From contig QMRA01000001.1 in assembly GCA_003649155.1 (NCBI GenBank), positions 1 to 24,140 of the forward strand: a stretch of 24,140 nucleotides of DNA. The letters are read 5' to 3'. The notes beneath the pieces were generated by a model. The model was given only the letters and a program-made list of their open reading frames with translations, did no database searches and was not told the origin of the DNA. Numbering within the stretch: position 1 is the stretch's first letter; each line of letters begins with the position of its first letter. The DNA comes from Thermoproteota archaeon. GTDB taxonomy: Archaea > Thermoproteota > Methanomethylicia > Culexarchaeales > Culexmicrobiaceae. Made by a program: the position numbers and the translations under genes. This document shows, in pieces, positions 15,321-24,112 of this stretch.

Positions 15321-16040
15321 TTGCACACAGAAGGAGGGAAAACTGTGGAGCAGGTTAAGGCGATAATCGAGAAGGCATTGATGGAGAATAGGAAGTACCT
15401 TCTGGAAAGTGAAGCTAAGAAGATATGCGAAGCATATGGAATACCAGTCACACGATTTAAAGTCGCAACAAACGAAGAGGAAGCCGTAAAATTTGCCAAT
15501 GAAATAGGCTACCCAGTAGTTTTCAAAATAGTCTCGCCAGACGTAATTCACAAATCAGATGTAGGAGGAGTCATACTCAACATTAAAAATGACGAGGAAG
15601 CCAAGAAAGCTTACAAGCAAATATTAGAAAACGTCAAAAAGCACGTTCCAGATGCAAAAATAGTTGGAGTCTTCGTTCAAGAAATGGCGCCGCAAGGAAC
15701 AGAAGTGATAGTCGGAGCGCTAAAAGACCCGCAATTTGGCCCCACAGTAATGTTTGGTCTAGGGGGCATATTCGTAGAAATTCTGAAAGACGTCACTTTC
15801 AGAATAGCGCCAGTAACTAAGGAAGAAGCCGAGGAGATGATCAAGGAGATTAAAGGCTATCCGATACTTAGAGGCTATAGAGGGAAGCCTCCTTCCGACG
15901 TGGAAGCAATAGTAGACATAATAGTCAAGGTATCTAAATTAGTGACGGACTTCCCACAAATAAGCCAGCTAGACTTAAACCCGATATTCGTCTACGAAAA
16001 GGGAGCAAAAGTCATTGATGCGAGGATAATTCTAGAATGA
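15321..16040 (+). CDS. acdB: ADP-forming acyl/acetyl-CoA synthetase beta subunit (ATP-grasp)
   Basis: LLESEAK, GYPVVFKIVSPDVIHKSDVGGV, VQEM, DPQFGPTVMFGLGGIFVEILKD, LDLNP. Confidence 0.92.
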   Translation: MHTEGGKTVEQVKAIIEKALMENRKYLLESEAKKICEAYGIPVTRFKVATNEEEAVKFANEIGYPVVFKIVSPDVIHKSDVGGVILNIKNDEEAKKAYKQILENVKKHVPDAKIVGVFVQEMAPQGTEVIVGALKDPQFGPTVMFGLGGIFVEILKDVTFRIAPVTKEEAEEMIKEIKGYPILRGYRGKPPSDVEAIVDIIVKVSKLVTDFPQISQLDLNPIFVYEKGAKVIDARIILE

Positions 16041-16933
16041 ACGAAGCCTACGAGCAAGAGCTGAGGACCATAGAGGGAAAAATCAAAGAAGCTGAGAGCA
16101 TAATTAGAGATCTGAGAAGTAAGCAAGAGAACCTCAAAAGCCAGTTGAGAAGTGTAGTAGAGCGAATTAGGAGAGAAAGGCAGAAGGTAGAAGACTTCAT
16201 TAGTAGCGTAGAGGGAGTGAAAGCAAAGTTAGCTGAAGTGAGAAGTAGAATTAGAGAGGTTAAGGAGGAAATAAGAAGCCTTAAGAAAAGCATTAGGGAA
16301 AAAGCGGATAAAGCTAGGAAGATGAAGCTTCAATCATTAAATATAAGGAGAGAAGTTAGGAGTAGTTTAAAGCAAATTAAAGAGAGAATTGAGAAGCTGG
16401 AATGGTATCATCAAACGCACCCACTGAGCAGAGAGGAAGAAAAGAGAATTGTCAGTCAAATAGAAGATCTACATAAGAAAAAGAAGAAACTTGAAATTGC
16501 AATTTCACTTGAAGAGAAAGCCATAGAGCTTCAAGTCGAAGTTCAAGCTTCGAAGAGCAGGCTAAGTAAATTGCAGAGCGAGTTGGAGGAGCTTCTGAAT
16601 AAGCTAAATGAGTTGAAGGAAGAAAGAGAGAAGATATTGTCCAAGAAGAAGGAGCAGTGGCAGCAAGTATGTAGCTTGAAGGATGAAGCCAGTAAAATTA
16701 GAAGTGAGCTGAGCGCCATTAGCGAGAAGATCCAAGAACTTCAAAAGGAGTTAATCAACCTTAAGGCTAAGCGCAATGCCATTCTCCTTAAGATCGAGAA
16801 GGAAAAAAAGAGAAAGGCAATGATAAGATTAGCTGAAGTAGCTAAGGAGAAACTGAAGCGCGGAGAGAGGCTGAGTTTCGAAGAATTTAAAGCGCTGATG
16901 GAAGTAGATAAAAATGTGATGACAACTTTATAG
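16037..16933 (+). CDS. Long archaeal coiled-coil protein (COG1340-like)
   Basis: Continuous heptad-like E/K/L/I pattern, central LEWYHQTHPLSREEEKRIV, terminal KLKRGERLSFEE. ATGA overlap with acdB. Confidence 0.72.
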   Translation: MNEAYEQELRTIEGKIKEAESIIRDLRSKQENLKSQLRSVVERIRRERQKVEDFISSVEGVKAKLAEVRSRIREVKEEIRSLKKSIREKADKARKMKLQSLNIRREVRSSLKQIKERIEKLEWYHQTHPLSREEEKRIVSQIEDLHKKKKKLEIAISLEEKAIELQVEVQASKSRLSKLQSELEELLNKLNELKEEREKILSKKKEQWQQVCSLKDEASKIRSELSAISEKIQELQKELINLKAKRNAILLKIEKEKKRKAMIRLAEVAKEKLKRGERLSFEEFKALMEVDKNVMTTL

Positions 16934-16957
16934 TTATATTGAGTTAAGTGAGGGATA

Positions 16958-18079
16958 ATGAGCAAAGGCGAAGTACAAAAAGCGAATAAGGTGTTAATTC
17001 TCTGTGTTGACAGAGATGATGATGTCGGTATAGTTACAGGCGCTAAAAGCCCAATTGTCGGTCGTAATGAAAATTTGAACGTAGCGACGAAATTCGCGTT
17101 GAGAGATCCAGAAGACTCGGACGTAAATGCCATTTTCGCCGCAATTGGGCTTTATGATGAGTTGAAAAATGAGGGAGTTGACTGTGAAATAGCAACTGTA
17201 ACTGGGCTAGCTGAAGGCGGCCTTAAGGCTGATATGAAGATCATTGAAGAGTTGAATCAAGTTTTAGAGAAATTTCCTGCAGATAGCGTTATACTAGTGA
17301 CTGATGGAGCAGCAGATGAGGTCGTAATTCCAGTCATACAGTCGAGAATTCCCATACTGTCAGTTAAGAGAGTGCTCGTTCAACAGCAGAGAGGAGTTGA
17401 GGAGACCTACATCCTAATAGCCCGATACTTGAGGAGGATATTGGAAGAGCCACAGTACGCTAAGATGTTCCTAGGAGTGCCTGGAGTAATTTTCCTCTTA
17501 CTCGCAGCACTAAATATCGCTGGTTACGGCCAGTACACCACTCTAGGTGCTTTGATAGTTATTGGAGCGGCTTTCGTCATTAGAGGATTTTCAATGGACA
17601 AAATTATAATGAGATGGTGGGCTTCATCTCCAATAATATTCTTCACTGGATTCATAACTTTAATCGCGTGCAGCGTGGCAGTTTATGAAGGATTAAACAG
17701 AGTTATCTCAGAGTTGCAGGCTAATCCCGAGTTAATTTCGAACATTCCGAGGATGACTGGCTTCTTCCTAAGTCAAGCAACCGACATATTTCTTGTGGGA
17801 ATTGGAATTCTCTTAGCCGGAAGAATGATCGACAAGTACTTGAGGGAGAAGCCCAAGTTATGGCATGACTTCGTTGGATTAATGTTTCTCGGCACAATTC
17901 GCCCAGTACTGCAAAATGTATCCTACATATTGACCACTCCCGGAAGTGGTCATGAAACTCTAATCTACTCTCTCATAATTACTACAGGCATATGCTCCAG
18001 CCTAATAGTCACCTTCACCTTGATAGATAAGATAAAGGAGAGGCGAAGCAAAGGAGGAACAGCTCAAAGTGGAAAGTAA
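16958..18079 (+). CDS. DUF373-family membrane protein
   Basis: LCVDRDDDVG, DPEDSDVNAIF, VTDGAADE, VQQQRGVEETY, followed by about 6 TM helices. Confidence 0.85.
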   Translation: MSKGEVQKANKVLILCVDRDDDVGIVTGAKSPIVGRNENLNVATKFALRDPEDSDVNAIFAAIGLYDELKNEGVDCEIATVTGLAEGGLKADMKIIEELNQVLEKFPADSVILVTDGAADEVVIPVIQSRIPILSVKRVLVQQQRGVEETYILIARYLRRILEEPQYAKMFLGVPGVIFLLLAALNIAGYGQYTTLGALIVIGAAFVIRGFSMDKIIMRWWASSPIIFFTGFITLIACSVAVYEGLNRVISELQANPELISNIPRMTGFFLSQATDIFLVGIGILLAGRMIDKYLREKPKLWHDFVGLMFLGTIRPVLQNVSYILTTPGSGHETLIYSLIITTGICSSLIVTFTLIDKIKERRSKGGTAQSGK

Positions 18080-18848
18080 AGTTAGAATAGCAATTATAGG
18101 TGGATCAGGCCTAGAAAGAGCTCTTGAAAGTGGAGAGGAAAAACGCATCAAGACACCTTATGGAGAAGTAAGCATTACAATAGGCACTTTAGGAGGAGAA
18201 AAAGTAGCATTCATACCCAGACATGGAAGACACCACGAAAAGCCGCCTCACAAGGTAAACTACAGGGGGAATATCTGGGCTCTCAGCCAACTTGGGGTTG
18301 AGAGGATATTAGCTTCAAATGCAGTTGGAGGAATAAGAGATGGTCTAAAGCCTGGAGACTTCGTCATCGTGCACGACTTCATAGACTTAACTAAAAGTAG
18401 ACCGCTGACATTCTATGACGGCCCTAAAGTAGTCCATGTAGACATGACCGAGCCATACTGCCCTGAATTGAGAAAAGTCCTAGTTAGAGTAGCTAGGAGA
18501 CTTCCAGTAAGAGTGTGGGATAGTGGAGTGTACGCTTGCACTGAAGGGCCGAGGTTCGAGACCCCAGCAGAGATAAGAATGCTCAGACTCTTAGGTGCAG
18601 ATGTAGTTGGAATGACAAGTGTTCCTGAAGTCGTCCTAGCTAGAGAGCTTGGCATTTGTTATGCAACGGTATGCGTAGTCACTAATTATGCTGCAGGAAT
18701 GCAGGAGAGAATTACTGCTAGCGAAGTCGTCGAAATTATGAGAAAAGCCGTTCCACTACTAATAGATCTTTTCGAAAAATCGATCTCGGAGATCCCTAAA
18801 GAAAGAAATTGTAGTTGTGCTAACGTGCTTCTAGAAGCACAGCATTAA
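18069..18848 (+). CDS. MTAP-subfamily purine nucleoside phosphorylase, probably 6-oxopurine/methylthioinosine-specific
   Basis: IIGGSG, PRHG, PPHKVNYR, EGPRFETPAE, VVGMT. The base-specificity segment is VTNYAAG rather than TDYD. Confidence 0.88.
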   Translation: MESKVRIAIIGGSGLERALESGEEKRIKTPYGEVSITIGTLGGEKVAFIPRHGRHHEKPPHKVNYRGNIWALSQLGVERILASNAVGGIRDGLKPGDFVIVHDFIDLTKSRPLTFYDGPKVVHVDMTEPYCPELRKVLVRVARRLPVRVWDSGVYACTEGPRFETPAEIRMLRLLGADVVGMTSVPEVVLARELGICYATVCVVTNYAAGMQERITASEVVEIMRKAVPLLIDLFEKSISEIPKERNCSCANVLLEAQH

Positions 18849-19936
18849 GTTATAATCCGGCTTAATCTATTCAAGAGTTCATAGCCATCCTCCTTCACTA
18901 GAACCATTTCCTCGATTCTGACTCCGCCGAAGTCTGGTATGTAGATTCCAGGCTCAACGGTAACTACATTGCCAGCTTGAAGGATGTCTTCGCTTTGAGA
19001 GCTTAGTCGAGGATCTTCGTGGACGTTTAACCCTACACCGTGTCCGAGTCCGTGAATGAAGTACTCTCCATACCCTCTATCAACTATAACTTTCCTCGCT
19101 GCTGCATCCACATCTGAAGCTTTAACGCCAGCTGAGATCCTGCCTAGTGCTGCCTCTATAGCGTCATTAACGCACTCCATCAACTTCAAGGCATCTGCAC
19201 TCATCTTACCGTCGACAACGCCAGTTCTAGTAATATCGGAGCAGTACCCTCCATATTTCGCTCCTATGTCGATGACTACTAGCTCTCCGCTTTTTAGGCG
19301 CTTGTGGGAGGATTGGCCGTGAGGATATGCTGAGCGCACTCCTGAGGCTACTATTGTTTCGAAGGAAAACCACTCAGCACCTTCCTTTCTCATAGCGTAT
19401 TCAGCTTCACCAGCAACCTCAACTTCTTTAACTCCATCTTTTAGTGCATTGATTGCAGCTTGAACTCCGCTCTCTGCAATTCTCAAAGCCCTTTTGATCA
19501 ACTCAACTTCTTCAGCACATTTAACTGCTCTTAGCCTACTGGGAATTTTAGATGCAAATTTGAGCTCAAAATTCTTCAATTTGTCAGCTAAGGCGTTGTA
19601 TAGAGAAATCGACGTCACGTCCTCCTCGATACCGATAGTTCCTCTCTCTAGGACTTTGCTTAGTTCAAGTGGAATTGCCTCTGAGAGCTTAACTCCCCTC
19701 TCAACAGGTACTACGGATCCAAGCTTTACAGATGAAGAGGCTTCCTCATACTCCAATTTTGGAACTAGGAGTACCGGCTCTCCACTTGACGGTATGAGCA
19801 GAGCGTAACCTCTTGGGAAGCCTGTAAAGTAGTAGAAGTTTTCCTTTTTCAATATCAGCATAAGATCGATTGACTCTTTCTCCATTATTCTTTTAATAGC
19901 TGAAATCCTATCTTTAAAAGTGCTAGTGCTCAACAT
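18845..19936 (-). CDS. pepQ: Xaa-Pro aminopeptidase/prolidase (M24B) with creatinase-like N-domain
   Basis: IDIGAKYGGYCSDITRT, HGLGHGVGLNVHE, TVEPGIY, GGVRIEE. ATG 19936 follows AGGTG (track start 19945). Confidence 0.92.
   Translation of the reverse strand: MLSTSTFKDRISAIKRIMEKESIDLMLILKKENFYYFTGFPRGYALLIPSSGEPVLLVPKLEYEEASSSVKLGSVVPVERGVKLSEAIPLELSKVLERGTIGIEEDVTSISLYNALADKLKNFELKFASKIPSRLRAVKCAEEVELIKRALRIAESGVQAAINALKDGVKEVEVAGEAEYAMRKEGAEWFSFETIVASGVRSAYPHGQSSHKRLKSGELVVIDIGAKYGGYCSDITRTGVVDGKMSADALKLMECVNDAIEAALGRISAGVKASDVDAAARKVIVDRGYGEYFIHGLGHGVGLNVHEDPRLSSQSEDILQAGNVVTVEPGIYIPDFGGVRIEEMVLVKEDGYELLNRLSRIIT
19913..19920 (+). promoter_or_regulatory. Candidate TATA box TTTAAAAG for the PP-loop gene, inside the pepQ CDS
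   Basis: Consensus-like, 41 nt upstream of TTG 19961; there is no room for a promoter in the 24-bp intergenic gap. Confidence 0.35.
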
Positions 19937-19960
19937 GATAAACACCTGGCGGGGACATTA

Positions 19961-20986
19961 TTGATTAAGCCTGAGGACATTTTAAAAGTTACACTTGAAG
20001 TTAGGAGAGAGCTAGGCTACCATACAGTCAGCACACCCAACATACTTTCAGTGAGGCTAGATGAGGAAGAGGACAAGATGTACATACTTTGCGGGGACAG
20101 GCCCGATAGAGCTGTTTTAATGGGTCCTGGAGGCAGAGTTCTCGTAGAGCTTATGAAGAGGCTAAATGTTAAAGTCATCGTGGTGAGGACTTTAACCGAC
20201 ATCCTCGTCAGAGCTGAGAGGATTAGGCAAGCATTGGATAGTGCGAGGAAACTGCTTGATGAAGTATCTTCAAGTAATGTGAGAAAACTGCTTAAAGAGC
20301 GGTTAATTCCAATAGCCGAGGAGGAGCTTAAGGATCCAATTAAGCGCCGAATACCTAAGTTCGAGGATTTAGACGTAGATGTGGCAGTAGCATTTTCAGG
20401 TGGAGTGGATAGTGCAGCTACACTCGTTTACGCCAAGATGCTTGGATTGCACGTAACTTCAATCACAGTATATCCTGGACCATTCATAATTCCTGAGCAC
20501 GCAGAGAGGGTTGTGAAGGAGTTTACCGAGAAAGTTGGGGTTGACTGCGTATTTGTCAAGCCGACTTCCAGCTTTGATAACATAATTTCAAAGGCAATGG
20601 CAGGCCACATAATGCCTTGTAAGCGGTGTCATGAAATTGTTGAAAGAACGGTTTACGATGAAGTTTCTAGACGTAATATTGAGGTGGTGTTTTTCGGGGA
20701 TATGCTTCCTACAGGGTGTCATTCGATTAGGTGCGTTAATGACATCGTTAGGGTGAATTTTCCTGCATTTTTAGCGTTAACTAAGACGGACACCATAATT
20801 ATTTCCAAGCAGCACGGGTATCCTGATGTGAAGCTCAAGTATGGCTGCCCTCTCCTTAGAGTTGTTTTGAAAAGGCATAAGCACTTGAGGTTGGCTGCAA
20901 TTCAGCGAGTTTTGAGAGAGGCTAGAGCAGGAGTACTTGAGCCTAATCAAGCATTAAAATTGATTAAAAGTGTAATTGCACTTTAG
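19961..20986 (+). CDS. PP-loop ATP pyrophosphatase with N-terminal KH-like domain (COG1365-like)
   Basis: N-terminal DRPDRAVLMGPGGRV (KH-like), PP-loop AFSGGVDS, PCKRCH, FGDMLPTG, YGCPLL. Confidence 0.78.
   Translation: MIKPEDILKVTLEVRRELGYHTVSTPNILSVRLDEEEDKMYILCGDRPDRAVLMGPGGRVLVELMKRLNVKVIVVRTLTDILVRAERIRQALDSARKLLDEVSSSNVRKLLKERLIPIAEEELKDPIKRRIPKFEDLDVDVAVAFSGGVDSAATLVYAKMLGLHVTSITVYPGPFIIPEHAERVVKEFTEKVGVDCVFVKPTSSFDNIISKAMAGHIMPCKRCHEIVERTVYDEVSRRNIEVVFFGDMLPTGCHSIRCVNDIVRVNFPAFLALTKTDTIIISKQHGYPDVKLKYGCPLLRVVLKRHKHLRLAAIQRVLREARAGVLEPNQALKLIKSVIAL
19980..19988 (-). promoter_or_regulatory. Candidate TATA box CTTTTAAAA (minus strand) for pepQ, inside the PP-loop CDS
   Basis: Consensus-like, 44 nt upstream of ATG 19936. 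Confidence 0.35.
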
Positions 20987-22011
20987 CACACTCTTGGAAG
21001 TGGCATTCCAATTGGAGGTTCTAGTATTCGCTTACCGCCAATTACCGTCTCCAAAATGACGTAGCCTGGACTTTCACTTCGAACTTCACCGATGATAGCA
21101 GCATCTCTCCCAAGCTTTGTTGACTTTATGGCTTCTAGCACTTCACTAGCCTTTTCAGCTCTAACTCCAATAACGGCTCTCCCTTCACAAGCCAAGTATA
21201 GGGGATCTAGACCTAGCATTTCAGCAGCAGCTTTCACTTCACTTTTGATTGGTATTTTGTCTTCTCCTATCCAAACGCTGACCCCTGACTTCTTCGCTAG
21301 CTCATTGAGAGCTGCAGCTAAGCCACCTCTAGTAGGGTCTTTAGCTGCAGTAATTCCACCTACTTTGAGTGCTGCTTCCATTACTGGCCAGATTGGAGCT
21401 ACATCTGAGGTTATGCTGCATTCAAAAGAAATTCCTTCTCTGACAGAGATTAATGCCAATTCATGGTCGCCAATGGTGCCAGTGACGATTATTTTGTCTC
21501 CAGGTCTTAGGCCTGAGTCTCGTATTACTCTTCCTCTTTTAGCTAAGCCTATGCCGGTAGTAGTTATGACAATTTTGTCTACCTTACCTTTAGGCATGAC
21601 CTTGAAGTCTCCTCCAATGACTGCTACGCCTATATCTTCAGCGGTAGTGGCCATTGAATGTACTATTTTCTTCAAGTCAGATATCGGGAAGCCTTCTTCA
21701 ACAATCATCGAGTTGAGGATTGCAAGTGGCTTTGCCCCCATAACTGATAGGTCATTTATCGTCCCCGAAATAGCCAGCTTGCCTATGTCTCCTCCTGGAA
21801 AGAATATGGGATCCACCGTATACCCATCAGAAGTCATCACTAGCTCCAAATCCTCAATTGGTATCGTCGAGCCGTCGTCCATGTCCTTAAGACCTAAACC
21901 CTCAAAAACACTTCCAAGCTTGAAATTAGGTATTATGATCTCCTTGATAAGGTTCGCCATGGCTTCTCCACCGCTTCCATGGATTAGCTCGACCCTATCG
22001 CCGATTAGCAC
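20983..22011 (-). CDS. hypE: Hydrogenase maturation carbamoyl dehydratase HypE
   Basis: HGSGG, SDGYTVDPIFFPGGDIGKLA, GTINDL, KDPTRGGL, ACEGR, C-terminal PRVC. GTG start after GGAGG. Confidence 0.95.
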   Translation of the reverse strand: MLIGDRVELIHGSGGEAMANLIKEIIIPNFKLGSVFEGLGLKDMDDGSTIPIEDLELVMTSDGYTVDPIFFPGGDIGKLAISGTINDLSVMGAKPLAILNSMIVEEGFPISDLKKIVHSMATTAEDIGVAVIGGDFKVMPKGKVDKIVITTTGIGLAKRGRVIRDSGLRPGDKIIVTGTIGDHELALISVREGISFECSITSDVAPIWPVMEAALKVGGITAAKDPTRGGLAAALNELAKKSGVSVWIGEDKIPIKSEVKAAAEMLGLDPLYLACEGRAVIGVRAEKASEVLEAIKSTKLGRDAAIIGEVRSESPGYVILETVIGGKRILEPPIGMPLPRVC

Positions 22012-22098
22012 TTCGACCTCCCCTCTTGAAAACCATAATACTTAATAGTCAGCGATAAATGTAGCGTTAAATTGGTGTAAAACGCTGGAGGCGTTGCA

Positions 22099-22491
22099 AT
22101 GAGCTTCTATCAAGGGAAAGATCTTCGCAAGCCAAGTGGCGGTAGAATTAGGCCACATAGGAAGAAGAGGAAGTTCGAGCTAGGAAGACCCCCAACTGAA
22201 ACTTTGCTTGGAAAAGAGGAGATTAGGAAAGTCGAGAGAGTTAGAGGAGGAAACATAAAGATCAGGTTGAAGCTTTCCGCTTTCGCTAATGTAACTGACC
22301 CTGAGACGGGTAAGACTCAGAGGGTTCCAATCATTAGGGTCAAGAAAAATCCAGCAAACCCAGATTATTCAAGGAGAGGCGTAATAACGAAAGGGGCTGT
22401 CATCGAAACACCACTAGGAGAAGCCGTAATAACTTCAAGGCCAGGGCAAGAAGGCATAGTGAACGCCGTGCTAGTTAAAGGCAAAAAGTAA
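22099..22491 (+). CDS. rps8e: 30S ribosomal protein S8e
   Basis: YQGKDLRKPSGG, RKKRKFELGR, RVRGGNIK, NPANPDYSRRGVITKGAVIET, VITSRPGQEG. Confidence 0.97.
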   Translation: MSFYQGKDLRKPSGGRIRPHRKKRKFELGRPPTETLLGKEEIRKVERVRGGNIKIRLKLSAFANVTDPETGKTQRVPIIRVKKNPANPDYSRRGVITKGAVIETPLGEAVITSRPGQEGIVNAVLVKGKK

Positions 22492-22505
22492 TCATGGCGA
22501 TCTAG

Positions 22506-22805
22506 TTGCGAAGGAGAGATAGGATAGTTATCTGGCCTATTTACTTCAATTCTAACGTTAGTAGAAGTTACGGGCGTAAAGTGCCTTTGAGCCTTTCAGT
22601 TGAAGACCCTAAACTGGAAGAGGTTGTTGAAGCAGCACGTAGAGTTGGACTTAACCCGATAGTCGAGGCAGATAAGGCTTACCCGAAGATGTGGTGGAAA
22701 GAGAAAGGGAGAATATTAGTTGAAAAGCGGGCGAGCAAGACTAAAATCCTAAAGGAGATAGCGTTAGCTTTAAAGGAGGTTAGGCGTAGAAGTAAGCAGA
22801 AATGA
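22506..22805 (+). CDS. srp19: Signal recognition particle 19 kDa protein
   Basis: VIWPIYFNS..SRSYGRKVP, DKAYPK.WW...GRILV, KTKILKEIA. Confidence 0.94.
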   Translation: MRRRDRIVIWPIYFNSNVSRSYGRKVPLSLSVEDPKLEEVVEAARRVGLNPIVEADKAYPKMWWKEKGRILVEKRASKTKILKEIALALKEVRRRSKQK

Positions 22806-22822
22806 TAAGTTCTCATGTGTTC

Positions 22823-22854
22823 TTTATATTTGTAAAGTGCGCTACACTTATAAG
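22823..22854 (+). promoter_or_regulatory. Candidate TATA elements (TTTATA 22823-22828; CTTATAAG 22847-22854) for gar1-tfb
   Basis: Two consensus-like boxes in the AT-rich 90-bp gap between srp19 and gar1. Confidence 0.4.
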
Positions 22855-22895
22855 AGCATTCTTCTATTTCAATAACGCGCTTTGGGGTTGATGTA

Positions 22896-23171
22896 TTGAA
22901 GCGCCTCGGGAGAGTACTTCGCGTCACGAGGCGAGGCTTGATCCTCGTAAAAGCCACTGCTGCACCGCCAATTGATGCGAGAATTCTAGACGCTAAGGGA
23001 AGACACATAGGGTGGGTTTACGACGTATTTGGACCCGTAAAATCACCTTATGTTTTGGTTAAACCTTCCACCGACTTAGATGAGCTTAAAAGCTCTCTGA
23101 AAGGTGGAATTTACTTTTCTGGTACTGTTAAGAGGAGGATGAAGACTTGGAAAAGGATGAGGCGCAAATAG
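22896..23171 (+). CDS. gar1: H/ACA RNP subunit Gar1/Naf1
   Basis: MKRLGRVL...[26 protein letters not shown], in the conserved position upstream of tfb. Confidence 0.92.
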   Translation: MKRLGRVLRVTRRGLILVKATAAPPIDARILDAKGRHIGWVYDVFGPVKSPYVLVKPSTDLDELKSSLKGGIYFSGTVKRRMKTWKRMRRK

Positions 23172-24112
23172 AGAGATGTCCTGAGTGTGGTAGTACTGAA
23201 CTCATAAGGGATTATGAAAGGGCGGAAATAACATGCCTCAACTGCGGACTTGTCATTAGTGAGAGAATAGCAGATCCAGGACCTGAGTGGAGAGCTTTTG
23301 ACCAAGAGCAAAAGGAAAAGCGCGCGAGAGTAGGAGCGCCAATGACATTAACTATACACGATAAGGGCCTCTCGACAATCATTGACTGGAGAGATAAAGA
23401 CAGCTATGGAAAGGACTTAACTCCACGAAGGCGAGCGCAAATTTACAGGCTTAGAAAGTGGCAGAGGAGAGTTAGAGTCTCAGATGCCTCCGAAAGAAAC
23501 TTGGCCTTTGCACTTCAGGAGATCGAGAGAATAGCATCACAATTAGGCTTGCCGAGAAGTATACATGAAGAATCCGCGTTAATATACAGGAAGGCAGTTG
23601 AAGAAAGACTTGTAAGAGGAAGGTCTATTGAAAGCATGGCAGCTGCAGCTCTCTATGCAGCATGCCGCAGGTTCGGCATACCTCGAACACTAGACGAAAT
23701 AACGAGAGTTGCCAGAGTTGGGAAGAAAGAAATCGGCAGGAGCTATAGATTCATAGCTAGAGAGCTCTTGAGGAAGATTCCCCCAACAAACCCCATAGAG
23801 TACATACCGAGACTTATAAGTCAACTTGAATTGGCAGGAGAAGTTCAAATGAAGGCGAGCGAAATAGTTCAGCAAGCTAGTAAAGTTGGACTGACCTCTG
23901 GTAGAGGCCCAATAGGCGTAGCAGCAGCTGCAGTTTACATTGCAAGCGTAGTACTAAACAGGAAGCGCACCCAAAGAGACATTGCAACTGCAGCAGGCGT
24001 AACTGAAGTCACTATAAGAAACAGGTATAAAGAGATATGCAAAGTTTTGGGCCTTGATCAAAAGTATCTACAAAAAATACGAAAGGAGTTACCAAAGCAT
24101 TTAAAAACTTAA
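23147..24112 (+). CDS. tfb: Transcription initiation factor IIB
   Basis: Zn ribbon CPECG...CLNCG, B-reader GPEWRAF, two cyclin repeats ([15 protein letters not shown]), [26 protein letters not shown] start after GAGGAGG. Confidence 0.98.
   Translation: MEKDEAQIERCPECGSTELIRDYERAEITCLNCGLVISERIADPGPEWRAFDQEQKEKRARVGAPMTLTIHDKGLSTIIDWRDKDSYGKDLTPRRRAQIYRLRKWQRRVRVSDASERNLAFALQEIERIASQLGLPRSIHEESALIYRKAVEERLVRGRSIESMAAAALYAACRRFGIPRTLDEITRVARVGKKEIGRSYRFIARELLRKIPPTNPIEYIPRLISQLELAGEVQMKASEIVQQASKVGLTSGRGPIGVAAAAVYIASVVLNRKRTQRDIATAAGVTEVTIRNRYKEICKVLGLDQKYLQKIRKELPKHLKT

Noticed and set aside
16037-16933. Coiled coil as SMC/Rad50 or a tandem repeat
   Set aside because: No ATPase head, hinge or zinc hook, and no nucleotide-level repeat unit; the low complexity reflects heptads.
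87-20610. Other short alternative-frame or antisense ORFs in the track (e.g. 87-404, 1349-1699, 2498-2890, 5515-5904, 13136-13501, 14826-15239, 16741-17133, 19494-19808)
   Set aside because: Each lies largely or wholly within a well-supported gene and shows no recognisable motif.
20983-22011. hypE as part of a hydrogenase gene cluster
   Set aside because: No other hyp or hydrogenase genes are in the window; scattered hyp genes are ordinary in archaea.
21092-22045. 317-aa plus-strand ORF
   Set aside because: Antisense shadow of hypE; Ser/Pro/Ile-rich composition typical of reverse-frame reads.
22063-22095. Alternative hairpins around the rps8e RBS (AGCGTT/AACGCT versus AACGC/GCGTT)
   Set aside because: Stems are only 5-6 bp and the upstream arm may lie outside the transcript; too weak to call an RNA switch.
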